A DNA stretch of 64,000 bases, from positions 64,001 to 128,000 of the IMG/VR virus record IMGVR_UViG_3300027973_000028; one strand, written 5' to 3'. Numbering within the stretch: the first letter of the stretch is position 1; the number at the start of each line of letters is the position of its first letter. A program made the position numbers and the translations under genes. A model generated the notes under the pieces. The model was not told the origin of the DNA. It did not search any database and saw nothing but the letters and a program-made list of their open reading frames with translations. Shown in pieces: positions 21,624 through 32,034 of the stretch. Source of the stretch: a virus.

Positions 21624-22139
21624 TTATAACTGTCTTACTTCCAAAGCGACGAATCCGGAAGCCTCTAACACTTCTTGGGAAATCAAAGATGGAATACCAG
21701 CCATAATACCCTTCATCTCTATTTTGTCGTACTGTGGATAAAGAATACACAGTTCAGCAATTGCTTCTTCATTCCACATGTTAGCTTCAGCTGAAGTTAA
21801 CTGACCAGCTTGAACAAGTTGTTCCATTTTTTTAACAAGGTTTTTATACTCAAGTCTATTGAGAACTCTCCACACAATATGCTTGTCAAAGGTAATTGAT
21901 GTAACATACACTTCGCCAAATTGTTCTTTCCATGTTTTGATCATTCCGGCATTAGGGCCACCGTCCCATATTTCCTGATCATCAGGAAGAGACTCAACAC
22001 TTACTGGCTCTTCAACTACGAGTTCAGTGTCTACATTTTCTCCAGCTGGACCTTCAACTGTTACCTCTGTTACTTCATCGGCTCCAATTTGTTCTGCTAA
22101 TTCTGCGTTGCCTTTGATAGTTACTTTTCTTCCTGTCAT
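21624..22139 (-). CDS. Tail assembly chaperone-like protein 1
   Basis: WKEQFGEVY...VWRVLNRLEY...CILYP...GIPSLISQEVLEASGF; acidic; gene position. Confidence 0.65.
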   Translation of the reverse strand: MTGRKVTIKGNAELAEQIGADEVTEVTVEGPAGENVDTELVVEEPVSVESLPDDQEIWDGGPNAGMIKTWKEQFGEVYVTSITFDKHIVWRVLNRLEYKNLVKKMEQLVQAGQLTSAEANMWNEEAIAELCILYPQYDKIEMKGIMAGIPSLISQEVLEASGFVALEVRQL

Positions 22140-22216
22140 TTTTTCTCCTTAGATAAAAGAATCACGATACATTATACATCATATATTTTTATATTACAAA
22201 TTTAAGTATTAATTAT

Positions 22217-23209
22217 CTACAAAAAGATATTTGGGTTTTCATTTCTTGAAGAAGAATTATAGTTTGTTGCGGTTTGTGTTGCAACCCCGTTCTGGAATAA
22301 AGAAACAGTAGGCTCATCTGAGCTATTGGTTGTTGTGGTATTTTTAATAAAACCTAAATCAACTTCACTAAAATAATAATCTCTAGCCATAAACTGATAA
22401 TTTTCTACCAATGGTGAACCGCCAGATGCATAGGCAGTTGTCATGCTCATTAGTTGAATCTCCTGTAATACTATTTTCATTGGGCTAGCTTGGTTATTGG
22501 TGTTTGGTTTAATCAATCTTTCATTGACATCAGAAATCATCATTCTGTCTAAATTAGATTCTATAACTTTATCTTCTGCTTTTAAATAATCTTTTGCTGT
22601 TGTTGAAACTTCTTCAACTCCATAAAGTATAATAAAATTAAATGGTGGGTGAGCACTGAATATATTTTTATCTGAATCTACAACATTTTTAGAAAATGGA
22701 TCGGTAGATATTCTATCTAACTGACTATATGCCCAATATTTTTGAATATTTTTTTCGTCTTGTAAGCTCCTTACTGAGGAGCTAGACGAACCATAATCTA
22801 TATTTCTTAAAGTAGATTTAATTAAAGAATCATCTTTTCTTGGGTCTGGTTGCTGCGTTCTTGCCCTTGCAGCTTCTTCTATCAAATCTGTCATTCTTCT
22901 TGGGTATCTTGTATATATTGAAAATTCTCCAGTTATAATTCTTGTACCATACATCATGGCATCATAATTGTAAGACCAAAAACCATATAGTGGTTGCTTT
23001 TCTTGTCTTATATTGTAAGACAATGCAGCTATGTCTAGTTCGTATTCTTCAGAAAACAATCCGTCAATATAAACCTTAATGTCTTCTCCGCTAAAAAAGT
23101 AATCATAATAACTATTGAATGAATTTTTTTCTGTGGTGGGGCTACCCGACCATATCAAGTCTAATTGATTAGACAGCGGATCAAATCTTTCGTTTCTATT
23201 ACCGGCCAT
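22217..23209 (-). CDS. Tail-tube-fold paralog (tube initiator / baseplate-proximal tube)
   Basis: FSGEDIKVYI...LSYNIRQEKQPLYGFWS...GTRIITGEF aligns by eye with the two adjacent tube-like genes. Confidence 0.6.
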   Translation of the reverse strand: MAGNRNERFDPLSNQLDLIWSGSPTTEKNSFNSYYDYFFSGEDIKVYIDGLFSEEYELDIAALSYNIRQEKQPLYGFWSYNYDAMMYGTRIITGEFSIYTRYPRRMTDLIEEAARARTQQPDPRKDDSLIKSTLRNIDYGSSSSSVRSLQDEKNIQKYWAYSQLDRISTDPFSKNVVDSDKNIFSAHPPFNFIILYGVEEVSTTAKDYLKAEDKVIESNLDRMMISDVNERLIKPNTNNQASPMKIVLQEIQLMSMTTAYASGGSPLVENYQFMARDYYFSEVDLGFIKNTTTTNSSDEPTVSLFQNGVATQTATNYNSSSRNENPNIFL

Positions 23210-23218
23210 TTTTACCTA

Positions 23219-23926
23219 CTAAAGAGTGTAAATTTCATCTATAAAGTTTTGATAAAGAGTAGTTACGCCTACCCCTTCAATGTTGTCCCCAAATATATTT
23301 CTATTTCTTTGAGCTGCTCTTTGAGCATCTTCGTCTGGCATCTTCATCATTTCTTTTTCATTAATCATCTTAGTCATTGGCTGAATGCCTCTAGCCATAA
23401 ACGTATATGTTTGTTCAGTCATTATATCATCAATCGACATGGTTTGACCTTCGTCGACTATGGTCACTCCATATATTTTCATCTTTGAAGCATTGCCGTA
23501 TTCATTAAAAAAAGTAAATACAATATCAAATGGTGGAAGCATGTCTGCTAATGGTGAAAAAAAACCGTTAGTTCTGGACAGATAATCTTCATACTCTTTA
23601 ATTTTATACCAAGTGTATTCATTAAATACAGTAAATATTAATGATCCAGCTATAGTTCTAGATCCCTTAACAAAGCCTCTCACATTTGAGTGACCCAATG
23701 TTCTTATTGGAGTATTCTCTCTATGGATTGAATAGGATACAGTTTGCAGATCACCTATTTCGAGATAGTCTCCAGCTGTATTGGCGGTTCCCATCGGAGG
23801 CAAAATCATTGTGGCGACAATGTCTGCTCCAGCGTATGATACATTATTTAATGCATCATTTATATTAAACGATCCATCCTTTGGATTGACAGAAGAAATG
23901 GTATACGTTTTACTGGCTTGTGCCAT
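23219..23926 (-). CDS. Tail-tube-fold paralog
   Basis: SYAGADIVAT...SYSIHRENTPIRTLG...GSRTIAGSLIFTVF...PPFDI...NEYGN...IYGV...EG..MSIDD is clearly paralogous to 24003-24695. Confidence 0.7.
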   Translation of the reverse strand: MAQASKTYTISSVNPKDGSFNINDALNNVSYAGADIVATMILPPMGTANTAGDYLEIGDLQTVSYSIHRENTPIRTLGHSNVRGFVKGSRTIAGSLIFTVFNEYTWYKIKEYEDYLSRTNGFFSPLADMLPPFDIVFTFFNEYGNASKMKIYGVTIVDEGQTMSIDDIMTEQTYTFMARGIQPMTKMINEKEMMKMPDEDAQRAAQRNRNIFGDNIEGVGVTTLYQNFIDEIYTL

Positions 23927-23945
23927 TTTATCTCCTAAATAGAAC

Positions 23946-23977
23946 AGTGCATGAAGGGAGTCTTCCCCTCATGCACT
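23946..23977 (-). terminator. Stem-loop after the tail tube gene (terminator/attenuator or mRNA stabiliser)
   Basis: Inverted repeat AGTGCATGAAGGGA / TCCCCTCATGCACT with one mismatch; weak U-tract (GTTCTATTT) on the minus strand. Confidence 0.6.
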
Positions 23978-24002
23978 ACTCAGAATTATTATTAAGATCT
24001 AG

Positions 24003-24695
24003 TTATGGACGAATTATATCTGTTCTCATACCCTTTACGGCGTTTCCACTCATAATATCAGAAAGATTGCTTTGATCTTTTTGCAGAGCAGATGTCTCAA
24101 TGGTGTACATTGGTCCAAGTTCTCTAGCAACGTAGGTCATTGTTTCTTCAATTACTATGTCATCCATCGATGCTCCCGAACCTTCGTTCAAAAGCTCAAC
24201 TCCGTAAATTGATCTTACTGCTGCGTTTCCGTATTCGTTAACAAATGTAACTGTGATATCGAATGGTGGAATTTGGTCTGCGTAGTAGGGGACCTTTTTT
24301 TGAACATCTCTTGTCCAGTTATTTCTTCCTTCTGCTCCAATTCCTGGGATTCCTCTTCCCATTGCATTGGTGTCACCCGGAAGTGTGTTGTGGGCTCTTG
24401 TGAAGAAGTCCATAGGCTTATTGTTTGTGTAATTTTTTTCCAACATTGTGTAAAGTGCTGGACGATCAAACACTGTAAAAATTAATGAACCAGCAATACC
24501 ACGCTTACCTCTTGAGAATGAGCGTGGGTTTGGTGAACCCATTGTGTAAATTGGTGCTTTTTCTCTTGTTACAGAGAATGTGATTCCTGAAAGTGCACCT
24601 ATTTCGACACCACCAAATGTGGCTACGATATCTGCACCTGAGAAAGTTGTATATGTGTTTAGATATTTGTTTACTGAATTTGTATCAGAAGCCAT
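24003..24695 (-). CDS. Major tail tube protein
   Basis: Directly after the sheath gene; TFSGADIVATFGG...FSVTREKAPIYTMGS...RGIAGSLIFTVFD; strong GGAGG RBS; followed by a hairpin. Confidence 0.75.
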   Translation of the reverse strand: MASDTNSVNKYLNTYTTFSGADIVATFGGVEIGALSGITFSVTREKAPIYTMGSPNPRSFSRGKRGIAGSLIFTVFDRPALYTMLEKNYTNNKPMDFFTRAHNTLPGDTNAMGRGIPGIGAEGRNNWTRDVQKKVPYYADQIPPFDITVTFVNEYGNAAVRSIYGVELLNEGSGASMDDIVIEETMTYVARELGPMYTIETSALQKDQSNLSDIMSGNAVKGMRTDIIRP

Positions 24696-24715
24696 TTTTT
24701 ACCCTCCAATCGGTA

Positions 24716-25963
24716 TTATATATTAACAGCTATTTGAACCTCAATCGATTTTAGTTCGAAAGCAGGTGTGATAATAAGGTCTACAATCGCCTTGTTTAAG
24801 TCTGGAACATATGTGACGTTAAAATCACTTGCCAGCAAGGCTCCTATTAATTGCATTCCTCTTAGTGCTGATGAAATCGCTGTCTCCATTGATGTTCTCA
24901 TTTGGATAGTCGATGGTTCACCAACAAACTTTTGGCATGATTGACGAACAACGTTCGCCGCTTCATCTACAACCCTCTTGGTAGAGAGTCTTGAGTAGTC
25001 AGAACCGGTAGCGGCAAATGTGAGTCCGTCGCCATATACTGCGATTTTATTAAAGTTAAGAACTACTGAGTTTACACCCTTACCCGCAAGTGTCTCTTGC
25101 TGTGTTCTTGTTGGCGCATAACGCATTGCTTCTACGTTGTATATTGGTTTTGCTGTAACTGAAGAGTACGCGGCAAGTTTGCTCAACGATGCTGCCATTG
25201 CGCATGCTCCGTTTGCATAGCCATAATCTTCTCCACCGCTTGTACCATAAGATACCGGTTTAATCTCTGTTGCGATAACGCAAACATAAGGACCATAATC
25301 CTTCATATTTGCGTTATCTCTGCTTACAAGAGTGCTAAGGGCTAGATGCGAGGCAACAGCTGCTGGTGTCATAGTTTCTTTTGTACCAGCATCATATGGC
25401 TTAACACCCAAAATTGAAATACATGGATGTATGTTTTCTGCAATATTCTTAGTCCTAAAAGCCGCCTTGTATGCCCAGCTATTACCATATGCTGTTGCAT
25501 TGTTAGCGTGGAAGCCATACTCTGTGTCGCCAGGAGTTGCTGGAACTTCCCAGTCATCTGAATTCCCGCCCCTGCCCCAAGGAACGATAATATCAGGAAG
25601 AACTGTTTCAGCTGCAGCATACGCAGCATCAAGCATTGCATCTAATGTGTATCCGGTTGCTGTTATGTAACCATCTGTGTGATTAAATGCAGTTGTGCTT
25701 GGAAGTGGAACCATATAGATTCTTTCAGCTCCTGCAGAAATTAATTCTAAAAATGCCTTATGAAGGTCTGAACCTTCACCAAAGGCAGCAATTACATCTT
25801 TTTCAGTTGTGGCCAGAACTATGTCAAGGTCACTAACATTCTCGGTTTCATTTGCAGTGTCTCTTCTTGCTATTACAACAATTCTAGGACCTGCTGGTGT
25901 GTTTGAGCGCGATACACTATAGAAGCGATCTCTGATTATGGTGGTTACTCCAGGAATAGCCAT
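24716..25963 (-). CDS. Tail sheath protein (compact, 415 aa)
   Basis: N-terminal MAIPGVTTII and C-terminal sheath signature RLSTKRVVD...KFVGEP...VDLIITPAFELKSIEVQI. Confidence 0.8.
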   Translation of the reverse strand: MAIPGVTTIIRDRFYSVSRSNTPAGPRIVVIARRDTANETENVSDLDIVLATTEKDVIAAFGEGSDLHKAFLELISAGAERIYMVPLPSTTAFNHTDGYITATGYTLDAMLDAAYAAAETVLPDIIVPWGRGGNSDDWEVPATPGDTEYGFHANNATAYGNSWAYKAAFRTKNIAENIHPCISILGVKPYDAGTKETMTPAAVASHLALSTLVSRDNANMKDYGPYVCVIATEIKPVSYGTSGGEDYGYANGACAMAASLSKLAAYSSVTAKPIYNVEAMRYAPTRTQQETLAGKGVNSVVLNFNKIAVYGDGLTFAATGSDYSRLSTKRVVDEAANVVRQSCQKFVGEPSTIQMRTSMETAISSALRGMQLIGALLASDFNVTYVPDLNKAIVDLIITPAFELKSIEVQIAVNI

Positions 25964-26011
25964 ATTATCTTTAAACCTCCGACTAAATTATGGGGCATTA
26001 ATTCTTCTTTT

Positions 26012-26017
26012 ATAGTA
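26012..26017 (-). promoter_or_regulatory. TACTAT late-promoter-like hexamer upstream of the sheath gene
   Basis: The same hexamer recurs upstream of ten genes (see findings). Confidence 0.55.
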
Positions 26018-26073
26018 ACAGGTAACTTATAAAAATAACTCAACAACCTAATTTAGATCAGTTTTTTATATAC

Positions 26074-26874
26074 TTAATTAAATCCAGGTGTGGCACCCTG
26101 TTGTAGGTCAATAATATTGATACTTATATTGTCATAGTTTGGAGTAGCTTGAACCAATAACTCTGACTCATAGGCCATGCCAGTTCTTACGTCAATTGCA
26201 ATCTGCTCAATGACTTCTGTTCTAGCTGCAAATGTTTTCTCTGTCGTAAGCATGTAGGTTACTGTTCTTTTGTGGATATCTTTAGACTCTCTGTTTACTT
26301 CTGAGTCAGATAATCTTCTTGAATAAATTAATTCTGAAGCTCCTATTCTTTTAAAGATAGGAGTAAATTCCATCATAAAATCTTCGAAAGTTTCGATTAA
26401 AGACTCAACCAAATAAGCGTTATCTTGATCATCAATTCTTTCATTTTGATTTGATCCCGACCTATTTCCTGCTGGTGCGAGTGCATGAAAAGCTATTACA
26501 TTTTGAAATCTTTGCCCGTAAATATATACATTCCCACTAGTTATTTGTCTCATTCTTGGCTTTGGTTCAACAGAATGTGCTTTTCTTAATTCTAGAGAAT
26601 AAGTTATAATTGCTGGTGTATCTTCCATTCTTCCTGTTGTTTGACCAGTAGAGGGATCTACATAGTTTGGATTGAACCAGGTAAAAGATGGGTCAGATGG
26701 AGAAGAGGATTTAATCGGAAAATTAGGAAAAGATTGTTCCCATAAAGATTTAACTGTAGAAATAAATTCTAAATAAGAAAGATTTCCTTCTGACTGAAGG
26801 GGTTCAGCAAACCTTAATTTTGTATATGAATCTGTCCCGCCAAATTTTGGCCAACCCACTGTGTTTTGTGCCAT
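26074..26874 (-). CDS. Tail completion / terminator-like protein
   Basis: Position between neck and sheath genes; function inferred from gene order only. Confidence 0.45.
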   Translation of the reverse strand: MAQNTVGWPKFGGTDSYTKLRFAEPLQSEGNLSYLEFISTVKSLWEQSFPNFPIKSSSPSDPSFTWFNPNYVDPSTGQTTGRMEDTPAIITYSLELRKAHSVEPKPRMRQITSGNVYIYGQRFQNVIAFHALAPAGNRSGSNQNERIDDQDNAYLVESLIETFEDFMMEFTPIFKRIGASELIYSRRLSDSEVNRESKDIHKRTVTYMLTTEKTFAARTEVIEQIAIDVRTGMAYESELLVQATPNYDNISINIIDLQQGATPGFN

Positions 26875-26875
26875 G

Positions 26876-28471
26876 TTATGCTCCTGGCCCCGCTGCCAAT
26901 GATAGATTTATTTTCTTTAAACCTAATGAAGAAACTATATTTATGTATAGTAAAATTACACCAGACTCTGAACTTGATGGTTTAGCATTAAATTCATAAT
27001 CTACTATTACCCCATCTTGTTTTAGTTTCTTGAGAAGTTGTGTTGTATTGTTAATTACTTTATCGTAACCAAATTTACCTATGGAATCATAACCAAAACC
27101 TTTTACTGAACTTGATAGATAGGAGGCTAATCTCATTTGTGGTAGTTTTGAAAAAATTGAATTTATATTGGCCATTGTATAATCATTTGTTAGATATACC
27201 TGAAAGGGTTGTGCCCTTCTTGCCTTATTGCCTCTGTATATTGTATTTATTCCTATTGCATCAAGTCTATTCATTTCTAATGAGTTTAAGTTTACTCCAT
27301 ACACAGACATTGCTCCGGGTATTCTTTTTCTAACCAAACCAAAATTTAATGGATTAGAAACAATTAATCCAGCTACTGCAGCGGATACCGAATTAATATA
27401 TGTAGTGTCTAGTTGTGCGTGAGAAAATAAAGCTTCTCCATAAACTGGAACAACATATCTGCCAAAGTCAGATATAATATTTCCAGAAATGTTATATTCC
27501 GTAAACTTACTAGATAGACTTTCGTCGTTTTCAATTTCATCTATATCTTCAGAGGTTATTCCATTTGTTCTTGATCCAATAACGCCAATTTGGACATATC
27601 CAGTTTCATTATGAAACGAATTACAGTATGTTGCTAACTGTGAAACAAAATCTATTCCACCAGTTTTAATTATTGAAACCTCTAAGGGAACTATAACATC
27701 AATAAAATCAAGAACACTTAACACTGAATATGTTACCGATAGTCTTTCATGATATCTTTCATAAAAAGTCTTACTAGTTGGTGTTGCGGATTCATAATCA
27801 ATATAAGTTGAAGATATCAATCTTTTGTCTATATCATCTACATATTCTGACATCGGAGCAGCAGCACAAATAAATATATTTTTAGCTCCAGCGTCATACG
27901 CATCAAACACCCCTCTTAGAAGTGGGCTATTCATATCTGCGTTTAATAACTCGACTGCATGTTGAACCGATCTTATTTTTATCGGACTATTTAACTCAAG
28001 ACCATCTGCATGACCAACAAGCAGCAGTGATTGCATGTTTGAAAAATTTATATCCTCATACGAAGGCTTATATGTAACTACGCTTGATTTATTCCCCATT
28101 GGAACTGTGGGAAGGGGTTCGTATGCTTCTTCTTTTACTTCAAATTTAGATTCTATTATAATATCAGAATTACCATTAACAGTTTTTGCAACTGCGGTAT
28201 ACATTCCAGGATACATTCCCTCTGGAACTTTATAATTAAATATAAATTCAGAATTTACAGTTCTTTCTATATAGGCATTGGTGTCTGGAGTCGCATTTGT
28301 ATACAGATAAGAAATTGGATTTCTAATTATTGCGGAAAATCTATTGTCTCCCCTTACAACGGAAACTGTTACGTCTATTGGTGTAGCAGATAAAGTTGGG
28401 TCATATACTTCACCAGAATCTACAAACAAAAATTTAATTTTTAGTCTTTGATTTTTTTTTACAACTAACAC
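26876..28471 (-). CDS. Second tail-sheath-like protein with N-terminal beta-rich (Ig-like) extension
   Basis: Probable GTG start at 28471. C-terminal half resembles the sheath: LDAIGINTI...SKLPQMRLASY...LKQDGVIVDYEF...LYINIVSSLGLKKINL. Confidence 0.6.
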   Translation of the reverse strand: MLVVKKNQRLKIKFLFVDSGEVYDPTLSATPIDVTVSVVRGDNRFSAIIRNPISYLYTNATPDTNAYIERTVNSEFIFNYKVPEGMYPGMYTAVAKTVNGNSDIIIESKFEVKEEAYEPLPTVPMGNKSSVVTYKPSYEDINFSNMQSLLLVGHADGLELNSPIKIRSVQHAVELLNADMNSPLLRGVFDAYDAGAKNIFICAAAPMSEYVDDIDKRLISSTYIDYESATPTSKTFYERYHERLSVTYSVLSVLDFIDVIVPLEVSIIKTGGIDFVSQLATYCNSFHNETGYVQIGVIGSRTNGITSEDIDEIENDESLSSKFTEYNISGNIISDFGRYVVPVYGEALFSHAQLDTTYINSVSAAVAGLIVSNPLNFGLVRKRIPGAMSVYGVNLNSLEMNRLDAIGINTIYRGNKARRAQPFQVYLTNDYTMANINSIFSKLPQMRLASYLSSSVKGFGYDSIGKFGYDKVINNTTQLLKKLKQDGVIVDYEFNAKPSSSESGVILLYINIVSSLGLKKINLSLAAGPGA

Positions 28472-28472
28472 A

Positions 28473-28847
28473 TTAAACCTGTTTTTCTTTTGTTGCACCA
28501 ACTACCCAAAATATAATTTTACCACTTTTACCACGCCTTGGAGAGCACGTATCTATTAAGTATATTGTTTGCTTACTAAATGTATTCGGTAGTGATTCAT
28601 ATATTCTGTCGCCTTCTTGCGGATTAATTTCTGCCTCAAAATAATACACTACTTCTGAATTAACGGCAATTCCTTCAATTTGTTCTTGTGAACTTTTAGC
28701 ATTAGTTATTCCAGATGAAAAAACATTTCTTGTAGTTACTCTTTCTAGGGTGTCTCTATAATTATTGTTTGGCATTATTCTTTGTATGTAGACGTCGTGG
28801 CCCCATTCTTTTAATATCTTTTTAAAAGATCTTTCAAGATTAATCAT
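28473..28847 (-). CDS. Head closure / neck protein
   Basis: Likely start MINLERSFKKILKEWGHDVYIQR at 28847; PQEGDRIYE motif; gene order. Confidence 0.55.
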   Translation of the reverse strand: MINLERSFKKILKEWGHDVYIQRIMPNNNYRDTLERVTTRNVFSSGITNAKSSQEQIEGIAVNSEVVYYFEAEINPQEGDRIYESLPNTFSKQTIYLIDTCSPRRGKSGKIIFWVVGATKEKQV

Positions 28848-29739
28848 ATCCGCGTATGCCTCTGTCCGGCATTGGGTCAGCACTTAGCGCTGATCTCCTA
28901 CTTGACCCATAAAGATCTCTGTCGGTAAGATACACATCCCTATGTGTATCTGGGTCAACAAATCTTCCTGGATTTGATATTGCAGAAGAAGGAAGACCTT
29001 TTGGTTGAATACCTCTTGGGCCAGTTTTCATTGCCAACATTTCCTGCCTAAGTGCTGTTGCGATTTGGCACCAGGTAACAGCATTGCCTCTAGACGTAAG
29101 GGTTCTTGGAAAGTTTCTTGCAGTTACAGTTAAGTCAGCTAATGTTACTGAAACATCGTCGTCTCCACCATAATTGTACATTCTGCTGAGATCACAGGCG
29201 ACAGCTGCCTTAATGTATTCAATTGCAGCATAGGCTAATTTATCAGCTTGATACGTAGATTTTATGCCGTAAATACTTTCTACCTCTAAGGAATGAAAAT
29301 GAATTAACTCTCCTATTTCTATTAAAGAAGCTTCTGGAAATAATGGAAGAAGTTCTTCTGGACTAAGATAAAGGGGAGTAACATCTGGAGCAAATGTCAT
29401 TATTTCTTCAGATTTTAAAGTTATTGTTGGCTTATATTCGTCACTAGAAGTGCTTACGTAAAGTTGTTGATTGACTGTAATTTGCGTGCCGTTAGACATA
29501 CTGCCAACAAATTTAATTTTGTATGTATCAGCTGTTGTAGGGGTAAAATCATAATAATATTCGGAACTTGTTAATGCCGTTGGAGTGGCGGAGACTATGA
29601 CAGTTCCATCAGCTTTTGTTATTGTAACAACTACAGACAAAGGGCTAACTAAAATTTGTTCTCCAGTAGATGCGTTAATGTCAATAAATTTAACTTTTAT
29701 TCTTACAGTATCATTAACGAGTACGCTGCTAGTAGTCAT
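28840..29739 (-). CDS. Head-tail adaptor-like virion protein (N-terminal Ig-like, C-terminal helical)
   Basis: Gene order upstream of the head-closure and sheath genes; GGAG RBS. Confidence 0.5.
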   Translation of the reverse strand: MTTSSVLVNDTVRIKVKFIDINASTGEQILVSPLSVVVTITKADGTVIVSATPTALTSSEYYYDFTPTTADTYKIKFVGSMSNGTQITVNQQLYVSTSSDEYKPTITLKSEEIMTFAPDVTPLYLSPEELLPLFPEASLIEIGELIHFHSLEVESIYGIKSTYQADKLAYAAIEYIKAAVACDLSRMYNYGGDDDVSVTLADLTVTARNFPRTLTSRGNAVTWCQIATALRQEMLAMKTGPRGIQPKGLPSSAISNPGRFVDPDTHRDVYLTDRDLYGSSRRSALSADPMPDRGIRGYD

Positions 29740-29784
29740 TTTTTCTCCAATAAAACTTGCATTTTTTAATTATAGTAGCCTATT

Positions 29785-30072
29785 TTAGCTAACTATGGAT
29801 ACTTCTCCTGGTGTACCAATAGATATTACTTGAGCTGATAATATCGCGGACACGTCTTTATCTAATACTTCAAGGGTTAAAATTCCACTTGGGCTTGTAT
29901 CCATGCTCAATACGGCTATTGTCGTGTAGTTCGAATAATCTTCATTTAAAGAATATAATATTGTTATATTATTTAATATTATTGGATCGATAAGGCTTTG
30001 CGCCTTAATTATTAATGTTCCATTATATAAATAATTCGGGTTATTGTAGCTTAAATTAGCATTATATAGCAT
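29785..30072 (-). CDS. Hypothetical protein (95 aa)
   Basis: ORF with GGGAG RBS and upstream TACTAT. Confidence 0.6.
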   Translation of the reverse strand: MLYNANLSYNNPNYLYNGTLIIKAQSLIDPIILNNITILYSLNEDYSNYTTIAVLSMDTSPSGILTLEVLDKDVSAILSAQVISIGTPGEVSIVS

Positions 30073-30184
30073 AGTTCTCCCGGGTTAAACTAGCTGTTAT
30101 AGTAACGAATTTAACTTATTGCTCTACAAAAATTGTTGTATTGACAAAGGACTTGATCATTTTTGGCATAAACCACTATATATC

Positions 30185-30853
30185 TTAAGACTTTGTAAAG
30201 ACAACGATTTTACTTGCGGCATCAAAGTCAGAATTATAAGTATTTATTTCATCAATTTTTAAATTATTTATTATATTTTTTCCAAGACAGATTTGTAAAG
30301 CCATATAAAAATTGTCATTTTGATAATGATCGGCTTTAATACTAAAGATTGCTTTTCCTTTATTTTTTAAATAATTCATGCTTTCAATTAGCTCTTTAAC
30401 TCCAAGATGACCAAGTGTAAATGTTCCAGCACTAACTATAAAATCATATTTTTTTTCTATTAATTTACTTTTTTGGGTAAAATCTTCGCAATAAAGAGTA
30501 TAATAACATGGTAATTTATCTGCTCTTTTTTTTGATTTAGCTAGGTTAATCATCTCAATTGAGATGTCTACTCCATCTATCAGGCACTGGGGTCTATAGT
30601 TAGATAGGCTTTCGCCAACAATGCCAGTTCCACAGCCTATATCTAAGACGCTAACTATATTATCTGGGATTACAGTAGATGATACTTTAGCTATATGATC
30701 TGCTAGTATGTAATTAACGTCTTGAGCATATTTGTCGTATCCCATTGCCCAATCATTATAGTATCTCTTTAAATCTTCAGATGATTTATAACTGTATACG
30801 CTTTTTACATTAAAGTCGTCTGGAGTTTTCACATTTAGAAAGTATGAACCCAA
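30185..30853 (-). CDS. Class I SAM-dependent methyltransferase
   Basis: Motif I VLDIGCGTG, then DGVDIS..M and YDFIVSAG. Confidence 0.9.
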   Translation of the reverse strand: MGSYFLNVKTPDDFNVKSVYSYKSSEDLKRYYNDWAMGYDKYAQDVNYILADHIAKVSSTVIPDNIVSVLDIGCGTGIVGESLSNYRPQCLIDGVDISIEMINLAKSKKRADKLPCYYTLYCEDFTQKSKLIEKKYDFIVSAGTFTLGHLGVKELIESMNYLKNKGKAIFSIKADHYQNDNFYMALQICLGKNIINNLKIDEINTYNSDFDAASKIVVFTKS

Positions 30854-31941
30854 GCCGCAAATTCTTCGTCAGATTCTCCAAGATGCTCAAATTCTATCGT
30901 TCCAGCTTCTTCAAACTTTTTACGCAGCCAAGCACCATTTCTATCAAGCAGACCAAGTTTGCTTACATTAGGAATAATTTTTGCAGCTAGCATTTTTCTA
31001 ATCCAAGCTTGTGCCGGATCGTTAAGTAGAAATGGAGCTATGTCTTTTGTTTTGACTCCCATTTTCTCATACACCTCTTGTTGAAGCACTCTTTCTCCAA
31101 CCTTAATGCTGGCTTCATAAGCAAATTCCTGACGCTCCATGATTTCAGCGTCTGTCATTTGGGCATACACTTCCTTCAATGTGATTACGCCAAAAGAAAT
31201 ATGTCTAGACTCATCTGTCATTACATTTCTAAGGAGCTGCTTTAGTAGTGGCTCTTTTGTTAGTTCGCGCAAATACGCCATTGATCCAAGACCCAAACCC
31301 TCAACCATGATCTGCATGCCAAGATATGTTATATCCCAACGGTTATCAGAAATTGTATCATCTACAAGGCTCTGTATGTGCCAGTTAAAAGGTAGAGTAC
31401 CACCAAGCTTTGTATTTGCATACTTTGCAAATACTTCTACGTGACGAGCTTCGTCGACAACTTGAGTAGCCGCATATAGTTTTCCATCATACCATGGACA
31501 AGTCATTACTTGCTTAGAGGCGCACAACAATGCTGCCTGCTCTCCATGGATAAACTGAGAAATTAACCACTTTCTACTTTCAAGACCAAATTCAATCCAT
31601 TCTTTTCTACCCCATTTTTCAATTGGGCTACCTTCATAGACCGACAAGTCTCTACTAGTACCAAATCTTGCATAGTCTTCCAATAAGGTCTTTTCTTGAT
31701 CTACCGGTATAGACCAGTCTAAAGCTGTTTCGCCATTCCATTGATTATTTTTAGCCTTCTCATAAAGCTTTCTTAACTGATTATGGACAAGAGAATAATC
31801 CCAAGTCAGCATCGCATCAAAATTTGTTTTAACTACATGATTTACAGCGTTAAAGTCTACATCTGGGGCATTCATTATCGGATCCATATCATTAATATTA
31901 ATATTTCCAATAAATTCTTTATAGGTTTCTTGCGTAATCAC
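30835..31941 (-). CDS. Ferritin-like diiron protein (AurF / N-oxygenase-like family)
   Basis: Diiron ligand pattern HGEQAAL...DEARH...VEG...DESRH; AAGGAG RBS. Confidence 0.8.
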   Translation of the reverse strand: MITQETYKEFIGNININDMDPIMNAPDVDFNAVNHVVKTNFDAMLTWDYSLVHNQLRKLYEKAKNNQWNGETALDWSIPVDQEKTLLEDYARFGTSRDLSVYEGSPIEKWGRKEWIEFGLESRKWLISQFIHGEQAALLCASKQVMTCPWYDGKLYAATQVVDEARHVEVFAKYANTKLGGTLPFNWHIQSLVDDTISDNRWDITYLGMQIMVEGLGLGSMAYLRELTKEPLLKQLLRNVMTDESRHISFGVITLKEVYAQMTDAEIMERQEFAYEASIKVGERVLQQEVYEKMGVKTKDIAPFLLNDPAQAWIRKMLAAKIIPNVSKLGLLDRNGAWLRKKFEEAGTIEFEHLGESDEEFAAWVHTF

Positions 31942-32034
31942 CTTATTCTCCTTGAATATCCTATGTATTATATAGACAAATTATATAGTAGTATAATTTT
32001 ATCTATAAAACAAGTCTAAAAATTAATTATTATT

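Noticed and set aside
20985-22139. Classical -1 frameshift between tail chaperone genes (lambda G/GT type)
   Set aside because: The two ORFs are separate paralogs, each with its own start and 9 nt apart; no convincing slippery heptamer at the first stop.
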